A stretch of 64,000 nt of DNA, taken from the NCBI GenBank assembly GCA_028534125.1, contig CM052816.1, positions 79,734,001-79,798,000 on the forward strand, read 5' to 3'. A program made the position numbers and the translations under genes. Under the pieces are notes generated by a model, which had not been told where the DNA came from, ran no database searches, and saw only the letters and a list, made by a program, of their open reading frames with translations. The DNA is from Lama glama. Taxonomy: Eukaryota. Below, piece after piece: positions 52,972 to 64,000 of this stretch; position 1 is the stretch's first letter; each line of letters starts with the position of its first letter.

Positions 52972-53865
52972 ATCCCCCAGTCTCCTAGCTCCAACTGTCT
53001 TTGTCACTGTCCCCTCTTAGGCACTGCCATGCGAGGGCACATGGACGCCCACTCCGGAGCAGTGGGAAACCCAGCAGAGATATAATCACAGCAACCTGGA
53101 TGGATTTTAAAAACATGGCTCTGAGTTGGGAAAAAAAAAAAAGTACATATATTTACATAAAACAAGAATGCATTGGCCACAAACAATACACATACCAACA
53201 AAAAGTTACATATTCAACACACAAAATAGTTCCTGTGGAGATGAGGGATATCAGGGAGGCAGGAGTGACAAACGGTAATTTAAGAAATTAAAATGTAATA
53301 AAAATAAAGCACCCGAACTCCTCAACTCTCAATGTCTTGCCCTGTTTGGACACCTAAGGGGATGCATAGCTTCCAGAGCAATCCCTAGCTGTTTGGTGCC
53401 CCTTCTCCTTCCCCAAGGACTACCTCCTTTGTCTGTCCCACTTCTTTTCCTCCAGGACCCCCAATGTCAATACCAATGCCTTTATCCGTTCACTCCACGC
53501 ATATCCTCCTTCTCACTCTTACTCACACCTCTGGTTTCTCAGTCTCTGACTCCTTCAGTGGGATCTTGACCCCACACACACACACACACACACCTCCATC
53601 ACCATCCTGATGAGACCCTGATAGGACAGAAAATTAACAATATAGCCCAAAGACTCCTTTGCCTGCTCGCCTGCCTTCTCTTTTTTTGTCTCCTCCCCTG
53701 CCTTGTCTTTTTTTGTCTACCACTCTCCTTCCCTCTCCCGGAGTCCTTTCCTCTTTCTCTCCCTTTAAGGCACTGTTGCCAGCCCTGGAAGCTCTGGGGC
53801 CTGCCGGAAGTGGAGGCAGTAACCACTCCAGGACGCCCCCCGGGAGCTCCTCCCCTTCCGTCCTA

Positions 53866-53878
53866 ATCTCAAAGTCCA
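53866..53878 (+). promoter_or_regulatory. HNF4A-type site in AGXT2 proximal promoter
   Basis: CAAAGTCCA at 53870-53878, the HNF4-specific motif, about 75 bp upstream of the AGXT2 ATG. AGXT2 is a liver/kidney gene reported to be HNF4A-regulated. Confidence 0.7.
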
Positions 53879-53948
53879 GCTGGTCAGTGAGCAGTGGAGC
53901 CCTTCCTCCGAACGGCTTCCGCAGGGATTTGCCTCCTGCCTGGGAGAC

Positions 53949-54036
53949 ATGACTCTAGCCTGGAGACATGTGCTCAGAGCTTTGCACCTGGAGACCTCAT
54001 CGTCCAAGACCCCCAAGACGTGCCCTTCTCTGAGCC
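53949..54036 (+). CDS. AGXT2: AGXT2 exon 1 coding part, mitochondrial presequence (MTLAWRHVLRALHLETSSSKTPKTCPSLS)
   Basis: gacATG at 53949; donor C|gtgagt at 54036/54037; 88 nt; resembles the recalled human MTLIWRHLLRPLCL. PRLR-AGXT2 synteny is established. Confidence 0.92.
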
Positions 54037-56389
54037 GTGAGTGGAAACCAGGGGGACATGGGTCAGCAAAGAGACAGTGGGAGGGCAAGGGCTGAGCTCT
54101 GGAGCCCAGAGCTCTGGAATGTTAGACCTGGATGGGGTCGTAGAGACAGGTCATCTAAGACCTGTGGGCTAGACCTCACCCTGTCAGACCCAGTGCCCCC
54201 TTCTCACGTCCAGTGTTTTGTAATGCTTTCTTTTGTCCTAAAATGAAATTTATGGGTAATAAAATCCAACTATACACAATTTCAAAGCAAAAACAGTCAC
54301 TGTAATATAAAAAAGAAATAAAAGGAAAGCAATTCAAAATAAAGAATTAGCTGTAGTACGTGGATGCTTGAGGATAACTACTTTAAAAGCCATGAAGCAT
54401 CCTCACAAATTTCCACCATGCCCTCAGGGGGTGGCACCACCCCCTTGATTACTGACAAGGAGACGGAGCCCCACAGAAGTACGGTCATTTGCCCAAAGTC
54501 ACCCAAGTCAGGACTAGACCCCGAGCCCTCTTCTCCCACTCAGACTCTTCCTTTTTCTCCAGCCGGAACAGAAAATATGAGGAGACCTCTGTAGCCAGTC
54601 ATTGGTGACTTCATATATTATTCATATATATATGTATACATGCATCCTACATGCTCGAGGTTTTCACATGTATCTGGTTTCACTAGCAGCCCCCGCCTCC
54701 TCACCAGCTACCCTGGTGCAGACACGAGCATCAGCATCTCCACACTGATGTGCTGTCATGGGACCCTGTGCCCCACAGGCCCTAAACACACAGAGAGGAC
54801 CCTTTTCCGTTCCTCAGCGTGATCAATTCTATCTTGATTTTTCTCCTCATCTTTCCTTTTCCTCTCTCCTTCCTTCCTCTTCCTTTTTTTTTTTCTTAAC
54901 ATTTGCAATTCTTTGGAACCAAATACATATCTGATGCTTTCAATGCATTATCTCCTTTCATCTTCAACCAAACTTCTCAGGGAGTACTACTGTCTCATTT
55001 CACAGATGAGGAGACAGAAGAATAAAGGATAATTAAGAAATCTGCAGACTCATAGACATAGAATACAAACTTGTGGTTGCCAGGGGGATGGGGGGTGGGA
55101 AAGACTGGGATTTCAAAATGTAGAATAGATAAGCAAGATTGTACTGTATAGCACAGGGAAGTATATACAGGATCTTGTGGTGGCTCACAGCGAAAGAGAA
55201 TGTGACAATTAATGTATGTATGTTCATGTATAACTGAAAAATTGGAATTTGGAATTTGACACAACATTGGAAAATGACTATAACTCAATTAAAAAAAATG
55301 TTTATATAATCTGGTCAAAGGCAGAAACAGAAGTGACAACTTGGAATTCAAAGCCAGTCTGTCTGACTCCGAAGTCAGCATGATTCCGCCAGGCCCTTTC
55401 TTACCTGCTCTTCTTCCAGTTCTGTTTGGACTTTTTTTTCCCCTCGGTCATGGGTCTTTTGCCAGAACATCATTAATTCTAACATTTTCTGAGAAGGAGC
55501 TAGAATTATACCCAGAGTCTTGTGCTCAGTAAGGAGGATGCTGCACTGAAAGTAACAGCTGTTGACAAAGCAAGATGAATATCCTCTCTGCTGGCCCTTT
55601 CCCCTTCCTACCCCAGCCCCAGGGGTTGTGGAGCTGGGCTGATGGTGGGAGTAGGTGTCTTAGAAATCTTAGAAATGGCACATGAGGTGCTTAGAGATCT
55701 TGATCGACTCACTGGGGCCCAGGCAGTTGTGGTGTGTGCATAAACACACCGTTTTGCTCTCATTTGCCTTCTCCCCTACAAGGGCTGCAGAGGCAGGCAG
55801 ATTGATAGCAAATCCTGCCCATTTCCAGCTGAGAAACTTTCCAAGCCTCCTGCAAAGTCTCTTCTAAGAAAAACATTCAAATTAGCCCTAAAGGCAGGTG
55901 TTCCTTCTGTACCGCCAGGCCATCCTTGCTGATCTAAGCCCAGGGGGCCAGGAGGGGCTCAGGGAAGGCCTGCTCCCAAAAGTGCCAAAAGGAAGGATGG
56001 AGCCACCAGCCTTGGAATCAGGCAGAGCTCTTGCTTGTGAACAATGGCAACTGGCCCTGGGTTACTTAAGCAAAAGGACAGTCCTTGGAAGGAGATGTAG
56101 GGAGGGAGAGGGGGGGCTGTGAGAATCAGCAGGAAGGGGAAGGGGTGGGCAGGACTGGACGTGGAAATACACCCGGGAAGACCCTGCAGGAGTAGCAGGA
56201 ACTCCAGGCAGGAACAGCCTCAGAAGGTCCTCATGGCTCTGATCAGAGCCTCCAGCTAGTCCCCTGATCCGGGACCTCTGCTCAAGACTGCAGATTCAAA
56301 GAGAGGACATCTGATTCACCCTTCAGAGGTCTCATGTCCATCTCTTGGCTTCCCTGGCGGGAGACAGGCACCTAGTATTATTATCCTAT

Positions 56390-57015
56390 TGATGCAGGAA
56401 AAATGGATGTGGGGCGAGAGGAGGGCCATGTCCCAGGCTTCAGTTGAGCCCCCGGGACGTGCCCCGCCAAGTGTGGGTCCTTGGCTTCGTGCAGGAAAGA
56501 ATTCAAGAGCGAGCCACAGTTGAATAAAGGTAGATTTATTTAGAAAGATACATCGAAAGGCAAGAGAAAGGCCACGAGATGTGGGGGTTGGGTGCTCAGA
56601 TTAGAGTAAAAGTAAGTGCACACTCCATAGACAGAGAGTGGGCTGTCTCTGAAGGGGTAAGAGAGAAAGAGAGCTTGGCAGCCAGGAGGCGCCAGTTTTT
56701 GTGCTCAGTGGCTTCATATGCTAATAAGTGGAACGGCCAGTCTAACTAGCCTGGGGAAGGGGCTGAGATTCCTAGGAAGTCAGCCACTTCCCACTCTTTG
56801 ACCTTTTCTGACTAGCCTTGGGACTGTGGTGGTGCCTGTGGGCATGTTATTCACCGTGCTAACAGGTTACAGTGAGCATACAAAGGAGCTCAAGGAAGTC
56901 AAATCTCCCACCATCTTGAGCCTCAAGGCCTACTGGGGGTTGAATCTTTTGCCATTCTGGTGTTAATTGTTGTGTTGTTCCTTGAATGGCTGTGCCCTGC
57001 CCTCTTCCTGTCTCA
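56390..57015 (-). mobile_element. ERV1 solo LTR in AGXT2 intron 1
   Basis: TG...CA termini, perfect 4 bp TSD ctat (56386-56389 and 57016-57019), gcaggaaagaattcaagagcgagcc motif and antisense AATAAA. Confidence 0.85.
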
Positions 57016-57613
57016 CTATCACTCAGAGCACACAGTTCAATCAAGAACTAGCTTCCTCTGTGACTCCCTGCAGACTGTGGGACAGTTGATGAAGGGACAA
57101 AGGAGGTGGCTCTCAACCCTATTGGGGGGAGGGCGTTGAGGGGTGCTTGAAACTGCGAACTCCTCCCATTTAACCACAGCCTCGGCTCTAAGGTGAATGA
57201 TAAAATTGTCATAAAAGGAAACCTTTCTTTCCTAATTCACTGGCTATCCTAGGTATCAAATGAGATACCCAAAGTGACAGGTTTTTTTTAAGTTACCTAA
57301 TACGCTGTGCAGAAATAAGGCATAATTAGCATTTTAATAAATCACCTTAATGTTCTACCTAGTATGTCCATTGTGTATTTTCAACTATTTTATAACTTTT
57401 TTTTTAATTTGAAAGAGTAAGCAAGCTCTTGATAAATACCCAGTCTCTGTTGAAAGCTGGTTGTGGATATTAGAAAAATCTTTATCGTTACAGAGACAAT
57501 TTCCCCTAAAATTTTCAAATGCCCACAATAGTGGATTTCTTTCACTTACTTTGCCCAACAGGTTTTCACTTTTCGATACTATGGTTTTGAGGGAAAGAAA
57601 ACAAAGTTAAGGT

Positions 57614-58272
57614 TGTTGCCGGTGGATACAACTGGTGTTCCAGGTTCTTGTCCCATCCCAGAAAGAATGCAGAGACAAGATGTAGTGGTTTACAAAAGTA
57701 GAGTGAGGATTTATTAAAGGATGGATAGTACACTCTCAGGGGAGAGTGGTCAGGCTCAGGTGAGCAGCTGCCCTGTGTTTCTTTGGCAAGTTAGTTACAT
57801 AGGGTATAAAAATGAATGGGCAGAATATTCACTGGGGAGGTAAGGGCTTGGGGTCGTATTCCCTGATTATCATTCCAACTCCACCTTCCCAAAGTGGGGA
57901 GGGATTTTTGTCCTTATTTAGTCTGGATCAGCAGTGTCATGGCATCGGTGCATGATAGGTCCTTCTGATCTGCAAGGCTAATTTTATTGAAATGAGGACA
58001 AAATGAGCAAAAGATTACATTTGGTCAGTAGAAACTCCTGCCTTTTCTCACCTTTCTTTATTGCTCTCCAGGCCACTTATCACCCCAAAAGGTGTGGCCC
58101 CTTATCAGCCCAAAGGTTCCTGCTTTTCTTTATCTGCCCAGGGACCCCTGCTGCTTACATGATGTGTGGTTTTCCTGCATTTGGTTTGTGCCCCTCCTTT
58201 CTGCCCAATTCCTGCCATTTGATCTGTGTCCCCTTTTCTCTGCTCCTATCTACGTATCTGCCTGCTCTAACA
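57614..58272 (-). mobile_element. Second ERV1 solo LTR in AGXT2 intron 1
   Basis: tgttg...taaca termini, TSD aggt/agga (3 of 4 match), ccaggttcttg...aaagaat...atttatt layout typical of antisense ERV1 LTRs. Confidence 0.75.
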
Positions 58273-58756
58273 AGGAGACTTGTCTGTTGGTGAGCATTAG
58301 GCAGCTGTTAAATCTAGTTAGCCACTTGGCAAGAGTGGTGGTGGTCTCCAAATTGAATGCCATCTTTTTTTTTTTTTGAAGAATAGTAGGCTTACAATAT
58401 TGTCTTAGCTTCAAATGTACAGCAAAGAGATTCAGTTATACATATTTTTTCAGATTCTTTTCCATTATAGGTTATTGCAAGATATTGAATATATTTCCTG
58501 TGCTATGTATAGGTCTTTGTTGTGTATCTATTTCATATCTAGTTGTGTATCTGTTAATCCCATATTCCTAATTTATCCCTCCCCCGATGCCTTCTTTAAA
58601 TGTCTTGAGTTGTTTACATGAATTGAGTGGAAATTGTTAAATTTAATGAATTTAATGAAAATTATTAGCTGTCATCCATGTTTAGCATCAGGCTTAAAAA
58701 GGGAACATCAGACCAGCTAAAATGATAAAAGAAGAAATTTAAAAATGCCTATACAG

Positions 58757-58966
58757 GGGGAAGGGTATAGCTCAAGTGGTAGAGTGCATGCTTAGCATAC
58801 ACAAGGTCCTGGGTTCAATCCCCAGTACCTCCCCTAAGAATAAATAAATAAATTAACCTAATTGCCTCCTCCCCACAAAAAAACCCAAAACAAACAAACA
58901 AAAAAAACCTAAATAAATAAATGTTCACTGTTCAAAAAATTTTTAAATAAATAATAAATGTTTTTT
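58757..58966 (+). mobile_element. tRNA-derived SINE (Vic-1-like)
   Basis: tagctcaagtggtagag A-box, gggttcaatcccc B-box, A-rich tail; TSD aaatgcctatacag (58743-58756) / aaatacctatacag (58967-58980). Confidence 0.88.
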
Positions 58967-60805
58967 AAATACCTATACAGAAATAGACTTCGGATTCAGT
59001 TTTATTAATCCAGATCTCAGTTTTCCCTTCCCCAACCCCTCTTGGATATGTCTTCCCCCATACACACACACAGCCCCCACGCACACACAAACAGGCTTGT
59101 GCACGCATGCACACACACTATTTCCAGGAGCCCAAGAGAAGCTTTATGGACCCTCAACTTTTATGTCATCCTCAAAATGCAGACTATTTTGAATAAAGAA
59201 TGCAAGCAACTATGTACATCTTTAGATTTTGATTTTTTTTTCCTAAGCAAATCATGGAAACCAAAGCATTTTTGTTTCTTTTTATCCATCACTTATTGTT
59301 TTTACTGTTATTTTTGAGTTTGGGTTGTTTAGTGAGAGGATTTTCTAGATGTTTTGAGATGTAATCTGGACTTTTGTTTCTTTTTTTCTTATAGTTGATT
59401 TACAAAACTATATTAGTTTCAGGTGAACAACATAGTGATTCAGTATTTTTATAGATCATACTCCATTTAAAGTTATTATAAAATAATGCTACATGCCCTG
59501 TGCTGTACAATATATCCCTGTGTCTTATTTATTGTATACATAGCAGTTTGTACCTCTTAAACCCCTACCCTATCTTCTTGCCCCTCCTCCATTCCTCTCC
59601 CCACTGATAACCATGAGATTGTTCTGTGAGTCTGTTTCTGTTTTGTTATTTTTATTCATTTGTTTTATTTTTTAGATTCTCTATATAAGGATGAGATGTT
59701 ATCTAGATTTATTTCACTTATTAAATAATTATATTTCCTACTTACTCACCAATCTTCCTTCCTCCCTTCCTTCCTTCCTTTGAGCAGAATTTTATGTATT
59801 TCATTTTGAGCCCTCCTTTCACTACCATATTCCCATCTGTTTGATGAATAAACGAATGAAAAAATGAATATACCTAACTTAACTATTTAAAATCCAGACT
59901 CTTCCTTTATCGAATCTTTCCAACTTTCTTTCTTACCCCTCCAACCTACTTTCATAATTCCTATAATTTTGGAGTCAAGAAGCTTTTCAGCCTCTTCAAT
60001 GGGTAAGTCTAATTTTGCAGATAGGAAAGTGAGACTGAATGAGTAAAGAGAATTTGAATTCTCAGAAAAACTAGGAGATTTTTTCCCCATCTCAGAAGAG
60101 TAACTAATGTAAAGAGACACAATGAAAAGCTTTTCAAAGGGTGAAATTCTCAGAAAACTTAAGCTATCATTTTTTTGTCATTTCTATGCATGGATAGCCA
60201 AAAGCCACTTACTTTTAAAGTAAGAGCAAATTAATGACATTCGTGATTATTTAGAGCAGAAAAGTAAATGAGATCTCTCTGAAAGAAAACATACTCAGAG
60301 CTGTCACTTTCCAGCTTCATTTAAAAACACAATCGTTCATTGTGTTTCTCAGGACGGTGACTTCATAGTCACACAAAACACCAACATTAAGTCCGTGGAT
60401 TCAAACCTTCATGCTCAACAAGAGACATCATTTCCTCAGCTCTCTCCACCTGTAAAAATTGTTTCAACACTGACCTTGAATCTTCAAAATTAGCAGCATT
60501 CTTTTCCAAGAGTACTTGTATAAGGTTTTTAGACACTCTTCCAGTTCTGTTGTTCTCTGTTTCCATTAGTCATCCCAGTGCTACAGAGGAGTCAAAATCT
60601 GTGCTGGAAAGGGGGTTGGGTGGAGGTGGCCAGTGAAGGAGCAAAAGGGTACCAGGCTGGGAACCAGAAATTCAGAGTTTCCCTCTTGTTCTGCCGCTAA
60701 CTGGCTTGGTGACCCCGAACAAATTAATTTACCGCTTTAGGCTGGTTTCCTCATCTATAAAATGAGCATTTTGACAAAAAAAAAAAATGTTTCCTTCTAG
60801 TTTCA

Positions 60806-60916
60806 ATTTTTTTTTTCTAAACTTTGCTTTATGGGGTACTGGGGATTGAACCCAGGACCTTGTGCAAGCTAAGCTAAGCTAAGCTAAAGGCTGTACCACT
60901 GAGTTATACCCACCCC
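60806..60916 (-). mobile_element. tRNA-derived SINE (Vic-1-like), antisense, with an internal (AAGCT)n expansion
   Basis: gtactggggattgaacccaggacc...taccactgagttataccc is the reverse complement of the SINE head. Confidence 0.8.
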
Positions 60917-61617
60917 ACATCTCCAAATATTTAATGATTCCTCCGGCTCAGCTTGTCTTGGCTTTGTTGTGGTCTTGTGCTGTCCTGGAGTTTGCATTGT
61001 GTTCTGCAGGAAGCTTTGTCTTCCAGATCTGTTTGCATATATTGATTATTACCTTGCGTTATCTAGCACCCATCTCTCCTCGTTCCCTATGAAAATAGTC
61101 AACAGCCATTCATACCTTTTTCACTGGAGCCAACCCAGTACTGGGAACCAGGATAGGTGCTGGGATTCAGGCACTAGACAGCTCACAGCTTAGAGAGCAT
61201 CTCTATTAACACAGAGGATATAAGCCAGCAACACCTTGCGCTAGCAGAGTTTGGTCAACTGAACAGAGAATTGTAGTCGACATGTGGTGGAGAGGGGTGG
61301 GAGTGGGGGTTGGGGGGCGTGTTGAAGGAGGAGCTTCCCAAGATTGTGAGGGACCAAAAGGGGAGAATCCATAACTTCTCCCAACGTCCTCCATACCTTT
61401 CCTGACTAGATTCAAGATTCTCTCTTTCCTCCAGAAAATTCATTATTGCAGTATCTCAGTTTTTAAATCCAAGCTAAAGGCTGGTTTAAATGAATTTCTC
61501 AAAACTAAGAAATAAAGAAGATTGCCTGAGGACCTTGATTCAGGTTAACTGTAAGTTATTTTTACCAACGGGCCTGTGTGATGTTTAGTTGAGGATCCTA
61601 ACCCACTTCACTCTTAG

Positions 61618-61706
61618 CAGGTGCTTTCTGGACGTCTGTAACCAAGCTCGGTCTTCATACAAAACCCAGCATGCCTCCGTGTGACTTCACACCTGAAAGA
61701 TACCAG
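61618..61706 (+). CDS. AGXT2: AGXT2 exon 2 ([30 protein letters not shown])
   Basis: Acceptor ctcttag (alternative CAG 3 nt downstream), donor gtaaga; 89 nt keeps frame with exon 1. Confidence 0.93.
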
Positions 61707-62734
61707 GTAAGAGTCAAAGGTTTAGGAAAAACCCAGGGAAGTGGTTCTTCCTGAGAAGGCTAAAGTAATTGTTTCCCCAAGAAAGACCCACAACAAATGG
61801 TCCTGCCTTCCACAGAGCCATCCACCTCAGATACCCTGTCCTTTAAATCACTGGGAGCATCTGAACTCTCTGACTCCATTCAGTGCTGTTGTGAGAGACG
61901 GTGTGTGAGAGAGATGGAGACAGAGGCAGAGATGGAGAGACACAACAGAGGGAGATGGAGAGTTCAAGGAACAGACTCTCCATGAAAATACATGTATCAT
62001 AGGGACATAGGTATAGACACACACACGCAAATACACATATCACAAATTTGACGGCACACGTTTGCTTTAAAATGTTGTTTTTACTCTACCTCATATAACA
62101 ATGCATGAGCTGACCTTCCTGAGTGCTCCACCAGAAAATATAAAGTTATCATTTTGTTCGCAGGCTAATAAATACTGAAATTGTTCCCCCCGCCAACTAT
62201 GTCTCTCTCTCCAACCCCTTTATTCTATGAGATACTCGTAATTTAGAAATTGTAGAATCAGTAGAGTCAAGAGGGATCCATGACGAAGAGAGCTATAGGG
62301 CAGAGCTTAATAATTAAAGACACAAACACCACCAGTACTTTTTTTTAATTCTCAGAAAAGGCTACAGAGGAGAAAAAAAAAACATTACTTCAGGTATTGA
62401 CTTTCAAAGTCTTTTTTTTTCCACAGCTAAAATCAGCTCAAAGCCAAGACTTTCCACGGAGAGGTGGAAAATTCCAGCCCCCTTCTTCATGTTTGATCTA
62501 GAAAGCGACTGAAGGGCCACATTAGTAACTCCCCCACTTGACAGGAAGGCCTCGGTGTCTGTCCTGCTAGAAGGTCACCGGGCAAATAGCCACCCCAGTG
62601 AGCGAGGGCAGCAGCCCTGGGCTGGGTCGGTGGAAAGGCCAGGCCCTGCCTTGTAGACCTGCTGTGGATTTTGTATGAAATGGTAGGATAAGGAAAAGGA
62701 AGACTTTAAATCCTTCAATCTTGCCTACCAACAG

Positions 62735-62919
62735 TCCCTTGCCTACAGCCGAGTCCTGGAGATCCACAAGCAACATCTTTCTCCTGTGCCGACAGCATAT
62801 TTCCCAACACCTCTGTTGCTCTCCCAGGGTCACATGGAGTGGCTCTTTGACTATGAGGGAAACAGATACCTGGATTTCTTTTCTGGGATCGTCACTGTCA
62901 GTGTTGGTCACTGCCACCC
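62735..62919 (+). CDS. AGXT2: AGXT2 exon 3 ([62 protein letters not shown]); gene continues beyond window
   Basis: Acceptor ccaacag, donor gtgagt; 185 nt; class III aminotransferase motif G-x-x-YLDF-x-x-G...GH-x-HP. Confidence 0.96.
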
Positions 62920-64000
62920 GTGAGTATCCTTAAAATTCTGAGATTTTGCACTCCAGAAGAATCTATGGAAAACAGGCTAATGACCACGTTAGTGATTCTA
63001 AATTTCTATTAAAAACTGTCTCTCCTTAGGCACATCCCAGTTTATGGTTGACACGCTCCCTGCTATTTTCCTGGGTGACAAAAAACAAAAATCCTTGACA
63101 TTATCCTTTTCCTTCTCTTGACAATGCAAGATTTCATCATTCTCATTGCACATGCAGTGGGGTGTGTACCATGTGACGGGAGTGTTGGCTCTGTGTGTTC
63201 TTCTCAGTAGTAACAGCTTCCAAAGAGGAAACGCACTGAGGGACAGGCAGAGAGGAAGGGAAAGGCTAGCGGTTCTCAGAGAGCACAGGGCGGGTGTGTG
63301 GGGTGGGGGGCAATGAGAGATGAGAAATCACTTCTAGACTGAGGGTCTTCTTCATCGACTCAGTGATGGAGAGGATAGAAAGGATGATAGCAGATGTAAC
63401 TCCAGCTGGAAATTTACAATCGGAAATGGATGACTCCGTTAGTCTTGAGATTTCCTGCAACCTTGATCATCAATCCACAGATGCCCTGGGCAGATGCTTC
63501 TGGGGTCCTTTCTGTTTTGGTGCAGCCACCTCATTTTAACATCTATTCTCACTTGCCTTCAGCAGTCTGGCCAGGAAAGCTCACATTAAGTGGGACAAAA
63601 ATAAAGCAACAAGTCTAAATAAATGGAGTAGGTTCGGGCTCTTCTGTCAAAGCAGGTGCAAAGGGTCTTCTCTGCAAGCAGCTGTCAGGTGGTGAGGAGG
63701 GAGTTGTACCCGGGTCCAGCCCTCGCCTGTTCCTCCCATAGCCTTCTCCTTCCCATTTACATCTTCAGGAGGCACTAGTCCCATATGAAGTCGTGAGGAG
63801 CATGCAATGTAAATTTTAAATGCAATTTAAAGCATACGACAAACATGCATGAAAGAAGTAAAGAAAAATGAAGGACAGAAATTTTTTTAAATATTCACAA
63901 TGATTCCTCCCAATAACATACCACTCTCACGACTTTGGTGCTTCTCCTGATCTCCCTTTGACCTTCCAGTCTGTCCCTCTGACCCTCTAACTCTGGGAGC

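Noticed and set aside
58757..58830. tRNA-like sequences (also at 22165 and 60836)
   Set aside because: SINE heads with A-rich tails and TSDs, not tRNA genes.

Overview
Mammalian genomic DNA, most likely a camelid. The basis is tRNA-derived Vic-1-like SINEs, no Bov-A/BovB or PRE-1 elements noticed, and a full-length non-ruminant receptor tail. The + strand carries most of the prolactin receptor gene PRLR: non-coding exon 2 (92-153), a 22.9 kb intron, and coding exons 3-10 (23096-37490). All splice sites are GT-AG, the phases are consistent, and the CDS is 1878 nt (625 aa, intact long form). A long putative 3' UTR follows, then a degenerate homologue of the human short-isoform exon 11 (~52.05 kb). 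The promoter and first three coding exons of AGXT2 come next on the same strand (53949-62919; the gene continues beyond the window). The rest is L1, SINE, MER/hAT, MaLR and ERV1 solo-LTR repeats plus simple repeats, and almost all short ORFs in the track are spurious. I see no wholly new gene system. The most interesting signals concern PRLR isoform and translation control: (1) a spliced, apparently conserved 17-codon uORF across exons 2/3; (2) an AG exactly 39 nt upstream of exon 10 that would give a ruminant-type short receptor; (3) an exon-11 homologue with an in-frame stop and two tandem acceptors; (4) apparent absence of the human internal exon-10 donor; (5) a TAGCAG tandem acceptor in the AGXT2 mitochondrial presequence. 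Comparisons to human, cattle and sheep sequences are from memory and need checking by alignment.
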